Source: Gnetum montanum (lineage: Eukaryota > Plantae > Gnetophyta). From it: a stretch of 64,000 nucleotides of DNA. The notes beneath the pieces were generated by a model. That model made no database searches, was not told the origin of the DNA, and saw only the letters and a program-made list of their open reading frames with translations. A program made the position numbers and the translations under genes. Location: NCBI GenBank assembly GCA_015680685.1, contig MNCI01001105.1, forward strand, positions 189,486 through 253,485. The letters are read 5' to 3'. Of the stretch, positions 50,001 to 62,191 are shown one piece after another (position 1 is the first letter of the stretch; every line of letters starts with the position of its first letter).

Positions 50001-52308
50001 CAAATGGAAAGAAAAATGAAAGAAAATAGGTCAAAATAGTCTCTAAATCTAAAAAACCAAAAGGAAAAAAAAATAACTAAACATCTATAGAATTGAAGGA
50101 AGAGGGAAATAGAGGTCTCACAAAAATCATTAATAAAGAAGGCATAAACATAAAATAAAAGATCAAAAAACTAAAGAAACCTCGAGGTAGAAACCTAAAG
50201 AAAAGAATGAATAGGAAGAATGAAAACATAAAGATAGTAAAACTTCATGGAATAAAAAGAATCCAATATATATGTAGGATGATGAAAATATTATGGAAAG
50301 AATCAATGTCCTTATGGATATGTTTCAAGAAGAAACAATCTTAGTTAGAAAGACAACTGAATCCTTCCTATTTCCCCATAAATTTTATAAAATATAGATT
50401 GATAAGGAAATAAAATAATAAGAAAATTAAGAAACTTGGCTAAATTTACTTGAAGACGATAGATCAAATCCAAAATCTAGAAGTATGAAGATGTTAAAGT
50501 GTTAGAAGACCCAATGTTACAATAATTCACTAGCAATGTGCAAACGTATTACTTCACAAAGAATATGAAAAGTATGTCCAACATGATTTAAATGAAGAGA
50601 AATGCAAAGATAGTAAAGAAAAAATCTTGAAAAAGGGATGAAGCAATTTAGACACTATAAATGAAAAGGGAAATTTAATTAAAGATATCTCTATAAATTT
50701 TGACACAAAATGAAAAACTAAAAATATAAGCACAAAAGTTAAAGAGTAAGATGGAAAGATATGTAATGAATAAGCCTAAGATTAGTTATATTGTAAAAGA
50801 ACTTAAATTTAAGAGGTAGTTTTAAGAGGAAGAAATTGAGATATTAAAATATTTAAGAAGCACATCAAGTGTAAGTAAAAATCCATTCAAAAATAAAGGA
50901 GATATTCCAAAAATTAAGAAGGTGAATCCTACAGTCTCAACTAGTAAAGATAAGAGTTCCTTGGAAATGTTAGTTGATTATGCTAATAGTGATAATGGGA
51001 AGAACACCCTAACGTTAAGAAGGCTCTATAATTAACCAGTCTAAGTAATGTTATTCTAATCTTGTTGGATATGTAGTGGGGTATTTGTGGATAGTAGGTT
51101 ATGATGATGGTGCATAAAGAATAAGTATTAGGTAGGTATGAATCTCAACCATGTGTTATGATTATGCATTATGAGTATGGTATCAATGTTATTTGGTCAA
51201 TCATGTTACAAGTTCATGATTCTTAGAGGTTTTGAATAGTTGTATAGTATGACTAGTTAGTATGAACTAATGTTTGTATGGTCTCATAGTTGTTTAAGGT
51301 AGTTTATGGTATTATAGGGTTTGATTAGTAATTGGATTGGATGTTCTATGAGTACATTTTGGTATGTGTCTCACTTAGTATAAGTTGGGGATTAGGAAAT
51401 TCACAAAAAACTTTGTCAAAAATAAATCAAACATAACAATAATTATAATATGTTTATATAATTAAAATGTAATACATTTTATAGCTTTCACAGTCTCAAT
51501 CCTCTCCATTTCGGTTCTTATGGTTTCTTCTTCTCTTCCATTCTCTACTGAATCTTAGCTTAATTTTGTGATTTTTGAAATGTTGGGAAACTAGTCTTAG
51601 GTAGGTTATGGTCTAGGAGGTTTGGTTCAAATTTTGGAGAATCTTGAATGCCATGAAGAGTATTTTGTTGCTTTGATTTTTAGATTTCAGGTTTAGTAGT
51701 TTTAGTAGATTTGTTGTGGGGTTCTTTTCTTGCCTCTTTTTTTAGGTTTTGAGATCATTGTGTTTCTTCATGGAATTTCTAGTGGGTTGTGCAGATGTTG
51801 CATGGTATTTTTAAGTTTCTATAACATCAATGCTAGAGATTAATTCTTATATTTAGTTACCATCCTTTGTATATGAACTAAAGTGAAGTGTTAGAAATCA
51901 TGATTAATATTTTTGAGAACAATAGATGCTCTACTACTAGTCTCTAGACTCTAGGTGATTAGTATAACATGTATGGTGTTTTTTTGAATGCATAGTTGGT
52001 GAGTTAGCATTTTTGTTGCATTGTTAAAAATTTAGTTTTTATTGTGAGTAGAAGTTGAGTGACAGTTGCAATGGGGTTGTGGCTAGGTCATGCTAGAATT
52101 TTGAATGGAATATAATTTGTGACATGGTTGTGAGATATAGACCATCATGATGGGGTCATGACTAGGTCACGACCAAGGGAATGGATACTTAATGCCATTA
52201 GACTAGCTTAAAATTCACTTTCTCTTATTCTTTAAAGTTAATATCCAATTTATATATTTAATCATTATGTTTTTTTTTTACTTTCTTTATGCCAATCAAT
52301 ATCATACC

Positions 52309-53381
52309 TAAAACACCAGCAAAAATTTGCATGTTATAGCCAATTTTCATCATGTAGATTTCACCCCATGAAACTTGAGATAAGCCTTCATTGTAAATGT
52401 GAAGATTGTAACCCATAGTCGGCAATTTCACATACTTTATATTTTTTGGGCTGGAAAATGCCTTATAAGTAGTCAAAGCCTCATTCCCCAAGTGAAACAT
52501 TTCACCTAGATTTTATGTTTAGGCTTGGAGGTGTCAAAAATGCCTTTTAGAATGCCAAAAATAGCAATTTGATGGGTTTTATGGAGAGTATACATTTTTA
52601 TACACTAGAATTTGTGAGCTTGCAACCCCCTTTGGGATTTGTGAATTTCCAAGCTCCATGTTGTAGTCCTAGGATTTTCAAATCCCAATGTAGAACATTT
52701 AGGTAGCTTAGATTTTTCATACTTCTAAGCCCTCACAAAAGCAAATGTTGTAGATCTGAGATTGTAGTACTAGAAGTTTGATAACATCAGTTATGGTAGG
52801 ACATATGGATCATGGAGTTGAGTGCAGTAACTTCAACAAACCCTAAACCCCCATTCAAGTGAACCCCCTTTACTATCCCCTTAGGCACCATTTGTACACA
52901 TTTTTGTAACTTATTATTTATTTTTCTTCACTAAAGCTTTAAGTTTTGGGTTTTGTGTGCAAGATATATTTCTTTATTTTTGGTGCATTATTTAGATCTA
53001 TTATCAGTTTCAGCAATTTATTTTTATTAGCCTACTTCTGCATTTCGTAAGTTATTAGTTGATCTATTGGACCAAATAGGGTGTTCCAAATCCCATTTTT
53101 CATGGAGGTCCTAGGGATTTATGGGATGAGAACTGCTATGCACTAGATCCATCGATCTTTATTGTAGCACTCAATTTTTCTAGTTGCAACAGTTTTCTTA
53201 GTGTTAGAAGGAAGGCCTTTGCCTGATTTCTATGCCAAAATTTGTTACCCATATTGCCACTATTGTTTCCTAGTAGTGAATTTTCATTTTTGCAGCTAAG
53301 ACCTTGGAAATCCAATGTTGTTCTTACCCCCCACCCCTATAGTAAAAACCCCAATGTAGAAGTTGCAAGTGGTTTGTATGA
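52309..53381 (+). mobile_element. Element E: 5' LTR (52309-53191), PBS and leader, interrupted by element C
   Basis: LTR runs TAAAACACCAGC...GTTGCAACA and is homologous to the A LTR, with an internal deletion. Confidence 0.8.
53199..53215 (+). other. Primer-binding site complementary to the tRNA-Asn 3' end (decayed)
   Basis: TAGTGTTAGAAGGAAGG differs from TGGCGCTAGAAGGAGGG (recalled complement of plant tRNA-Asn) by four C>T or G>A transitions; 7 nt after the LTR-terminal CA. Confidence 0.7.
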
Positions 53382-55191
53382 TGTTCAAAAACATCAGTGG
53401 TTGGAACACCGAGAGGTTGGTGGGCATACAACCTAACCCTGAATCTGTGTGAGGGTCATGCTAGGAAATAGAAATGAGGTTTCTTGAATAGTCTTGTTGA
53501 TCAAATAAGGACTTACATGATATTAAAATGACTAGGTGTGAGAGGTGTTTATACTACATTACACATGGATACTAGGACCTGCTAAGTCAGAGTGTAGTGG
53601 GGTGTCCCGGCGTATGTACAGTAATGTGAACATGAAAATACATATCAAAATAGTAGACAACTTGAAGAGTTATGCTTAATATCAACTTGAATGATAAGTG
53701 CACCACCCCAAAAGAGGAGAAGCATAGCTATTAATAAATAAGAGGTGAGAATGGTACGTGGTGTACAAGCAAGCATAGTGGCAACATAGCAATACAATCA
53801 TAGTCTCTAAGATGCCCAGGATGTGGAGCTAATAGTTGTAGTGGAGACTAAATCTGCTAGGTTTGCTATTTCCATGTTCTACAGGTGCATTGGTGGACTA
53901 TGTTTTGGGAGGTGCCAAGGTTCAAGGCTCAGGTGCTAAGGTGCAAGAATGGTACGGATGCTTAGAAGGTTAAAATGTCCAGTGCTAGGGGTATTTATAA
54001 GGCTAGGTTTAACATGAAATGTGGATCAGGTGCCAGGTGGCAATGAGGGTTAAATGGAGTTACATTGAAAATTCTAAACTTCCATGAGAATAGCAAAGTA
54101 TTACACTCTAAAGAACTACAACGGGTCTTTGGAGACTACTGAACCATGACTACACCATCTAGATTGCATGTGCCAAAGTGTAAATGGCCGTAATGTACTT
54201 GCAAACAATACAAAATAGTGTAACTTGGAGGATACACTCCAGGACTATGTATTCCCCTCTTTTCAGTAGGATCAAGCATAGGAATAATTTTGGGGACTAA
54301 TGGGTGTGCCAAAGAGTTACAAATTGCTAATCTTAGTTGTCAAAGGAATGTCAAAGTTGAGGTGAAGGCCAATGTTGAGTTCTGGAAGCTTTAGGAGGTT
54401 GTCAAAGGCTTTTCTCTAGTGTCAAGTTGGCTATGCTCTAGAGCGTAAGACAACACTTAGTGAAATTTTGCACAATTTTGATCCTCAACACTAGTACATT
54501 GGCTACACTAGGAAGTGTAGCAAAGCATAGTAGGAATATTTAGCTAAATTTTGACAATATTTATAGTCTTCCTTCATGGTATGCTAGCTACAATTTGAGG
54601 TGTAGTAGGAGAGGTAGCTTTAGGAGTTAGAAAATTTGTCAAAATGTTTTCCATGCTAAGCTAGCTTGATAGCCTCTAGGCAAAAGTTGGGCACTGAAGA
54701 GCATGCTATGCTAGCTACGCTGGTGAGCGTAATAGAGCGTAGCAAACCAAAAGATAGAAAATTTACTAAACTATTTTGTTCATCCCAAGTAATTCTGACA
54801 ATCCTTATCTTAGCACATGGGTGAACTATTCACTAGAACATGTGCTACACTTCCTATGCTAAGAGTGTAGCAAGCAAGACAACCTAGGAGATAGAAAATT
54901 TTCCAAACTATTTCGTTCATCCCAAGAAATCTTGAGAACTTGTAGCTTGGCACTTGGGAAAACTAGCCATGGATGCGTGTGCCACATTAGCTATGCTAGT
55001 GAGTGTACTAGGTAGATTGAGAGCATAGCAAGACACTTAGAAAAATTTTCATGTGACTACTACTGACACTTAGAAGATTTTGCAAAATAGGCCTCGATGC
55101 ATGCTACGTTAGCTATGCTAGGGAGCATAGTAGTAACACTTAGAAAACAATTTGGCATTAGGTGCAAAAGTCTAAAATTGGTGGTGTTTTA
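53382..55191 (-). repeat. 3' LTR of element C
   Basis: Starts TAAAACACCACC after AAGGAGGGGCTAA; TATAAATA at 53999-53992; ends TTTTTGAACA. Confidence 0.78.
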
Positions 55192-56806
55192 TTAGCCCCT
55201 CCTTGTTGGCATCTAGAGGAATGGCCCCAGATACGTCAATAAAGAATATGAAACACCACGATAAACATGACATGAACACCACTCGTTAGTGCCCAATTAG
55301 ACAATGCTTCACCATGCTTGGAAGTGCTAAGGAAATAAAGTATGGTAGGGAGTAGGTTAAGGTGATATATCAAGGGATAGCAAGGGGGAAAGATGTTCAT
55401 TATACATGCAACTATGAGATACAACATCATGATGTCTTGTTGCCAAATCATGATCCCTCATTGGAGTGCTTGTGAGAGAATCAACATGTGAAGGTGATCT
55501 ATTCCTAGGATTTTGACCTCTCGTCAGAGTGCTTATGAGATGGTCGATTCGAGGTTAGACCAACTGTGAAATGGAAACTTTGCTATTTTTACTTAGGCAC
55601 TTGTTTTGTTCCTTATTGATTTTTTTGCTTTTAATTTTATTTTTCTTTTGTTTCTCTCTTTTCTTTTTATTTTTTTTCCTTTTTGCTTCTATTTTTTCTT
55701 GAAGATGTTTTGTTGTCGAGTGAACTACATGCTTCTCAACAAGATTTATTTAGAGGCAACCACGTCGTATCTATAGGATAGATGTTTCCTCTATAGATGA
55801 GTTGTGTTGCATCCACTTGGACTTTGAATAGCCCACAATGGCTCCCCATGGGATGAGTTGCATTATGTTTGTCATAGGTTTTGTAGTTGATTGAAAAAAT
55901 GATGCCATGTGCATCAAGGAAGCATGCGTGGAATGCAGGGAATTGTAAGGTAAAGGGATAAATGAAAATAGGCTATAATAGGATAATAGGGATGTGCACT
56001 CTTGAGTAGCTTGGTGAGTCAAAGTGGAAACATTAGAGTAGTGCAATGGCTTACCACTGCAATGAAACACATCCTTGAACAACATCATTGAGGCTTCATC
56101 CTACAAATGCAACACAAAGAAAACAAGAAAAAGAACCACACCATGTGGGATGAAGATGAAATCTTGTTTGGAAGGGCACTGCAAGAGCCATGAGTGCTAT
56201 GTCAATTGTAGTTGCATGTAGTGTTCAAAGTAGGAAGACTAGTGCAGGTGCCAATGGTGGTAGGCTTCAAAAGCTCCAATAGCCACACCAAAAGTGAGCA
56301 CCCAAGTGGCTTGCATCATTGACGATGCAAGTGCTCAGGATCCTCACCAAAGACAAGTTCTAGGAAACCTAGCAACATGGTGGAGAGTCACAATGCTAGA
56401 TGCTCTTTCAAGGTTAGGGAATGATGAGGGATGGAGGATGGCAACGTTGTGGCTAGGCCATAGTACTATTGGTTCTCCAGCAAGTGATGTTGATGATGAG
56501 AGCTCCAACAAAAATGACTGATGATGGTGGAAATAGCTATGGAAGGTCAGCAAGATGGCTGAAGGCATCTTTAGAGGATAAACAAGATGCTAAGGGTAGC
56601 AATGCTACAAATGTTCTAGAGGGTTTTTTCTTGATGATGTGAACTTTATTCTATAACTACAATGCCCCACCCCACCCTACCCGAGAGGTGTGGGCAAGAA
56701 ACAAAAGATTGGAAGTATTTATGCTCACTTGTCCAAAGAACTATGTGTGTTGAACTGTGGATGCTAAACTGTGAACCTAGTTTTAGGTCTTGCTAGATCA
56801 CATGTT

Positions 56807-57049
56807 ATGTTAGTTTAAGGTCCTAACAGATTGTGGATCCAATTTAATATCTTGGTAGACTATGATGTACTACTTTAAAGTCCTAGCAAATCATTTTGCT
56901 AGTTTATCATCATAGCAGATGGTGAATTACTAGTTTAAGGTCATAGTAGACCATGTTGTGGGTGCCAGTTTAACGTCATAGCATAATGACATTTTGTGAT
57001 AGTTTAACATCATAGTAGATGTTATATGCTAGTTTAATGTTGTAGCAGA
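56807..57049. repeat. ~8-copy ~30-bp tandem array downstream of the C integrase
   Basis: Same unit as 24218-24594. Confidence 0.85.
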
Positions 57050-57094
57050 CATACATTTACTTATCTTACTTTGTTGCTAGCATGGAATTGTGTA

Positions 57095-60000
57095 CTAGGT
57101 GTAGTACGACTTTAGGTATGAGTAGTTGATTGGATTGGAAAACTCATTGCCATCTAGATCAGCAAGCTTGAATGCTCCATTGTCATAGGACTTTATGTCC
57201 AAGAAAAGCCCTTCCTAGTTAGCTGAGAATTTTCTCATAGGTTTACAAATGACCTTGAGGACCAGGTCCCCCTTCTTGATTACTTATTAGTGCTGATTAT
57301 GTTGATGTTTTTGCAATTTCTTTTCCTAGTAACACTTGATGTGATCAAGTGTTTGCATGCACCCCTCCTCTATAGAGTTGAGGTTAATGGTTCTTAAATC
57401 ATTATTCTAAAACTCATTAATAAAGCTTGAGAGGATCATACGGAGTGATGGAACCTGCAATTTAAGAGGAAACATTGCTTCAAATCCATACAGAAGACTA
57501 TATGGAATCTTACTTGTTGCTATTCTGCATGTTGTGTGGTAGGCCCATAGCATGTAGACTAGCTGTTCATGCCACTATCATTTGCTATTATTAAGCATTA
57601 TCTTTAGAAGGTTGACAATGACTTTGTTCATAGCCTTTGCATGGCCATTCACCTTTGGGTAGTATGGTGAAGGAAAGGAATGTTTAATGCCAAGGTGTTC
57701 ATAGAAAGCTTTAGTTTCTGTATTACTACATTGTGTTCCATTGTCTATGACTATAGCCATAGGTATACCAAATTAGGTCACTATGTTGTCTAGAATAAAT
57801 TTGCAAACCTATTGTGATGCTGTCTTCCTAAGGGGAATGGCTTCAACCCACTTGGTAAAGTATTTAGTTGTGGTTATGATGAAGCTGTAAAGTCTTAGGT
57901 GTTATAGGTCTTATGATATCCAACCCCTAATGTTGGAATAGCCATGTGATCTACATAGTATGTAAGTTAGTGGGTAGCATGTGCATTAGGTTACCATGTC
58001 ACTTACATGCATCACATGTTCTATCCTTGGAAACATAATCACACCCCATGTAAGGCTAGTAGTAGCCTAAGTGTCTAATTTTTGTTGCCATTTCCATAGG
58101 TGCTATTTGGCCTCTACATAATCCATCATGGACTTGATCGATGATGGTTTATGCTTCACTACTGCTAACACAGGTTAACAATATTCCATCATAGGATTTT
58201 TGACACAAGGTGCTATAACCTATAAGGAGGTATTATCATGATTGTTTTTGCATTGCATATTTTTGGGCAAAGATTAGATTTTGTGAAGGCTCACCCTATT
58301 GGAGGTACATCTTAATATCATTGTACCACTCGTAGGCATGAGCTGTGCTTGTCATGGCTATGGATGTAATGCTTGTTGTTTGAGTGATAGGTTTGGTGCA
58401 ATCCATTATCAAAGTAGGTAATGTAGAAAACATGTTAGGCACTATGGTTAAGGATAAAGTGGCTAATGCATCAGCAATGACATTTTCATTATGGGGAATA
58501 TGTTGGACATCTATTGTTGCAAACTACTTAAGAAGTATTTTTCCAAATCATAGTATGGTTGTAAATGTTGTGCTTTGGAGGCATAAACCTCCATAATTTG
58601 ATTCACAATAATCTCTGAGTCACCTCAGATTGCTATGTTTTGGATTCCTAAATCATGGGCTACTAAGACACCTATAAGAAGACCTTCATACTTTGATACA
58701 TTGTTTGTGCAAGGAAATGAAAAGTGATACACAAAGTGTTGGATCTCCCTGGAGGGAAACATGATGATAGCAATAGCATTACCACCTTGTGAGGTTGAAG
58801 CACCATCAAAGTGTAAAACTACCTCAAAGTTTGTAGGCACTTGGCTTATGTTATTGACATGCTCATTCAAAAATTCTAGATCTACTATTGCTTAATTGTC
58901 TATGGGTGAAGCCATGAGTTATGTGGATATTGCTTCACCCTTTATGGATGCTTGTGCTATGTAGTGCAAGTCAAACTTTGTAGTTCAGCTACTTTCATAT
59001 ATGTTTGTAGTAATTGCCTGAAGTAAATTGCTTTTACTAATAACATTAACCTAACTATGGAAGAGATAATGTCTTCATTTTTTGAGTTTAAAGACTAAGG
59101 TGAGATAGGTCTTCTCTACATTATTGTATTTTGCACATGGGCCACTAACATATGGCTTATGTAGTAAATAGGGACCTTTAAGCCATCATCTCACTTTTGG
59201 CCAAGTAGAGAAGCAATGGACATGTCTGAGGTTGCAAGGTAAATGTCGAATGACTTATCTCCTTCTAGAGGGTAGACAGTTGGAAGTTAAGCTAGATATT
59301 TTTTTAGATTATCAAATGCTTCTTGGCATTGCACTATCCACTCAAAGTGGATCCTGTTTTTGAGCAAATGTTGCATTGGCTGCAACTTATCAGTCACCCT
59401 TTTAATAAACCTATGTATGAGTTGTAATCTACCTTGTAACCCGCATAGCTCCTTCAATTTTGCTAGTGGTGCTAAGTTGGTGATAGCCTTAACCTTACTG
59501 GGGTCTACATGTATGCCTTCTTCTAATGCTACAAAGCCTAGCATGTGACTGGTCTTAATGCCAAAGACACACTTCTTGGGGTTTAACCTAAGGTCATGTC
59601 TAAGGAAACATTTGAGAACATAGTCTAAGCCATCTGTGTGATTGTGTGATACCTTGGACTTAATTGCTATATCATCGACGTAGTCATTAAGCAAGTCTAG
59701 TAGATAATCACTAAAGATAAATGTCATTGCATGTTGGTACATTAATCCTACATCCTTTAGTCTGAAGGACATCATTATATAGCAAACACACCCCAAGGGA
59801 TCATGAAGGTGGAGCTAAGATAGTGCTCTAGGTTGATCTAAATTTGGTCGTACCTTGAGAACCCATTCATGAAGGACAATAAGGCATGACCAGTTATAGT
59901 ATCGATGAGTTAGTTAATACTAGGCAATGGGAAGTCATCTTTGATGGTCATCTTGTTTAGGTCTTGGAATTATATGCAAATGTGTATACTTTTATTTTTC

Positions 60001-60546
60001 CTAGGGACAACTACGATGTTTGAAACCCACTCTGTGTAGTCAACTACCTTGATGAAACCAGCTTTGTAAAGCTTAGTGATTTCATCATGAACTACCAACA
60101 CCACCTTAGGCCTTGACCTTGTGAGCTTTATGTTTCACTAGTTTTATGCAAGGATTTGGAATAATGTTATGTTGTCTTATGTGAGGGTCCAGGCCTAGGA
60201 TGTCTTTATAGGACCATGCAAATACTTTGACATTATCGTTTAGGACTTTTGAGATGCTTTGTTTGATTTGAGGCTCTAACAAGGAACTAATTTTCAATGT
60301 CTTTGCCTTGCCTTTACATGTTGCTACAAGGACTTCTATGAAAGGATCCTAAATTACATAACTTGCTTCTCGATTTAGAGCTCTAACTAGATGGTCTGGC
60401 TAATTTAGAGATGTCTCTAGGGATGCTACATTTGTGTCATAATCTATAGGCTCAAAGTCTAGGAGTTCAGTGTTTATGCATCTCATGGAATTTCTCTAAG
60501 GCTCAATGAAGACCAAGGGCCAATGAAGATGCTCATATGCATTCAT
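57095..60546 (-). pseudogene. Element C pol (RT-RH-aRH-INT); disrupted
   Basis: RT catalytic motif LNDYVDDIA, LNPKKCVFG; aRH VLHFDGAS..CTNNVSKYEGLL; integrase IVIDNGTQ, SPYYPKVNG; ends LKSYYT*. Confidence 0.93.
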
Positions 60547-62191
60547 TCTATAATCCTACCAAAGTCTTATAAAAAAACCAAAAAAATGTCAAGTGGCATC
60601 TGTCTTAATAAGGTAAAATGCATAAAATAAGGAAGACAATGTTATGAAAATTTGCCTAACTATGTAGTTGTGGAATCAAATAAGCAAGTATGTAAATTAA
60701 CCTTAGAGCCTCAATTGGCCATACAATTGCTAGTTTAAGTGGTAGCGGACCATCATCTATGTAGGATGCATTGGTTTAGGTAAGGTTTGGAAGGTTTTGA
60801 ATGTGGGATTAAGTTGACCATTTATTAGGCAACCAGAAAAAATGCAAAAAATTTTCTAAGTATGGATATGCTAAAAAAGTTAGAAAAATTTTCTAACTCT
60901 AGATGTTGCACTCATCCCACGTTACGCGTGGGACATAAGATAGTCTCGTGTTACATGTGAGACATGGGACAATACCTAGGATGGTGTTGTGGCCTTCACC
61001 CCAAAAGAGTATAAATTGAGTTTTACCATAGCCAACCTATCATTTTTAAAAGTTGAAATAAATAGTCACCAGGAATAGCACGGCCAAAGTGAAGGGAGTT
61101 AGAGTGTAGCGAAAAAAGAGAGGAAGCCAGAGCATAGCATAGAGGAAGAGGAAAGCAAGAGCATAACCATTGACAATGATGGGCTATAGTGAATGCCAAC
61201 ACCTCAACCTCATCAACATGGATGAAGGAGAACATGCATTGAGGTGCCTTCCTAGGACACGCATAGAAGATTGAAGGGAGACATCATTAACAAGGTAAGG
61301 TGATACACTTTGCCCTTGTGATTTTTTCTTTTCTTTGTTTACCTTAGGGTTTTGGGGTTTTGAGGGTAGCCTACCCTAGGCAGGGACCACCATAGCCACT
61401 ATGGCTACCATGAGCCATAGCTAAGAGAGGAAGTGCATGTAGTGGACTTTTATGGGTTTCTAGGTTTTGTTGCGAGGATTTTTGTATCGTGCATTGTGTG
61501 GGAAAAGGGTTTTCTACATGCCACACATGATGCAAAATAGGGATTTTCTGCAGCCTACACATGACATGGGATAGGGCTAGAATGGTTTGTGTGCACACAC
61601 ATTTTGTTTTTTCTTATTTTTATCCATGACCAATGTAGCTTGAAGATGAATACAGAGTGTAATAGTCTACATAGGATGACTACAATGGTCATAGCTATCA
61701 TGCTTGGGTACGTTCTTGAGACCATGACAAAAACATTAGAAAAATTTTGATTTTCAAGTATTGCACTCTACAAGAAATGTAGTCAATAGTTTGGATTCTT
61801 TTGATGTTTTCAAGTGTTACACTCTATAGGGAGCAGTTCAAACACTTAGAAATTTTTGCAATTGTTATGCTTTGTGGGGAGAAAATTTTTGTAGTTGTTA
61901 TGCTCTACGGGGAGCATAATAAACAATTAGAAAACATTTTAAAATTTTTGATAGTTAGAAAATTTTTTGATATCTTCAAAGTTATAACATTTGTAGGTGT
62001 GAAACACATATGTTAGTACTATGTTCCATTGGGGACTAGGCATGTTAAATGGGTATGCCAACATCCCTCTCTCGTAGGGCTTGTTGGTAAAACTAAGAGT
62101 CTTACTAATGTGATAAGTATAATTTTTATGTATTTTTTTTAATTTTGTATCCAATGCTAACATTCTCCTCTTATTGCTACTGTGGCCATAG

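Noticed and set aside
47200-52250. Copia pol, env-like ORF and LTR boundaries
   Set aside because: Probably old retroelement DNA, but no RT or integrase motif and no defensible termini could be read.
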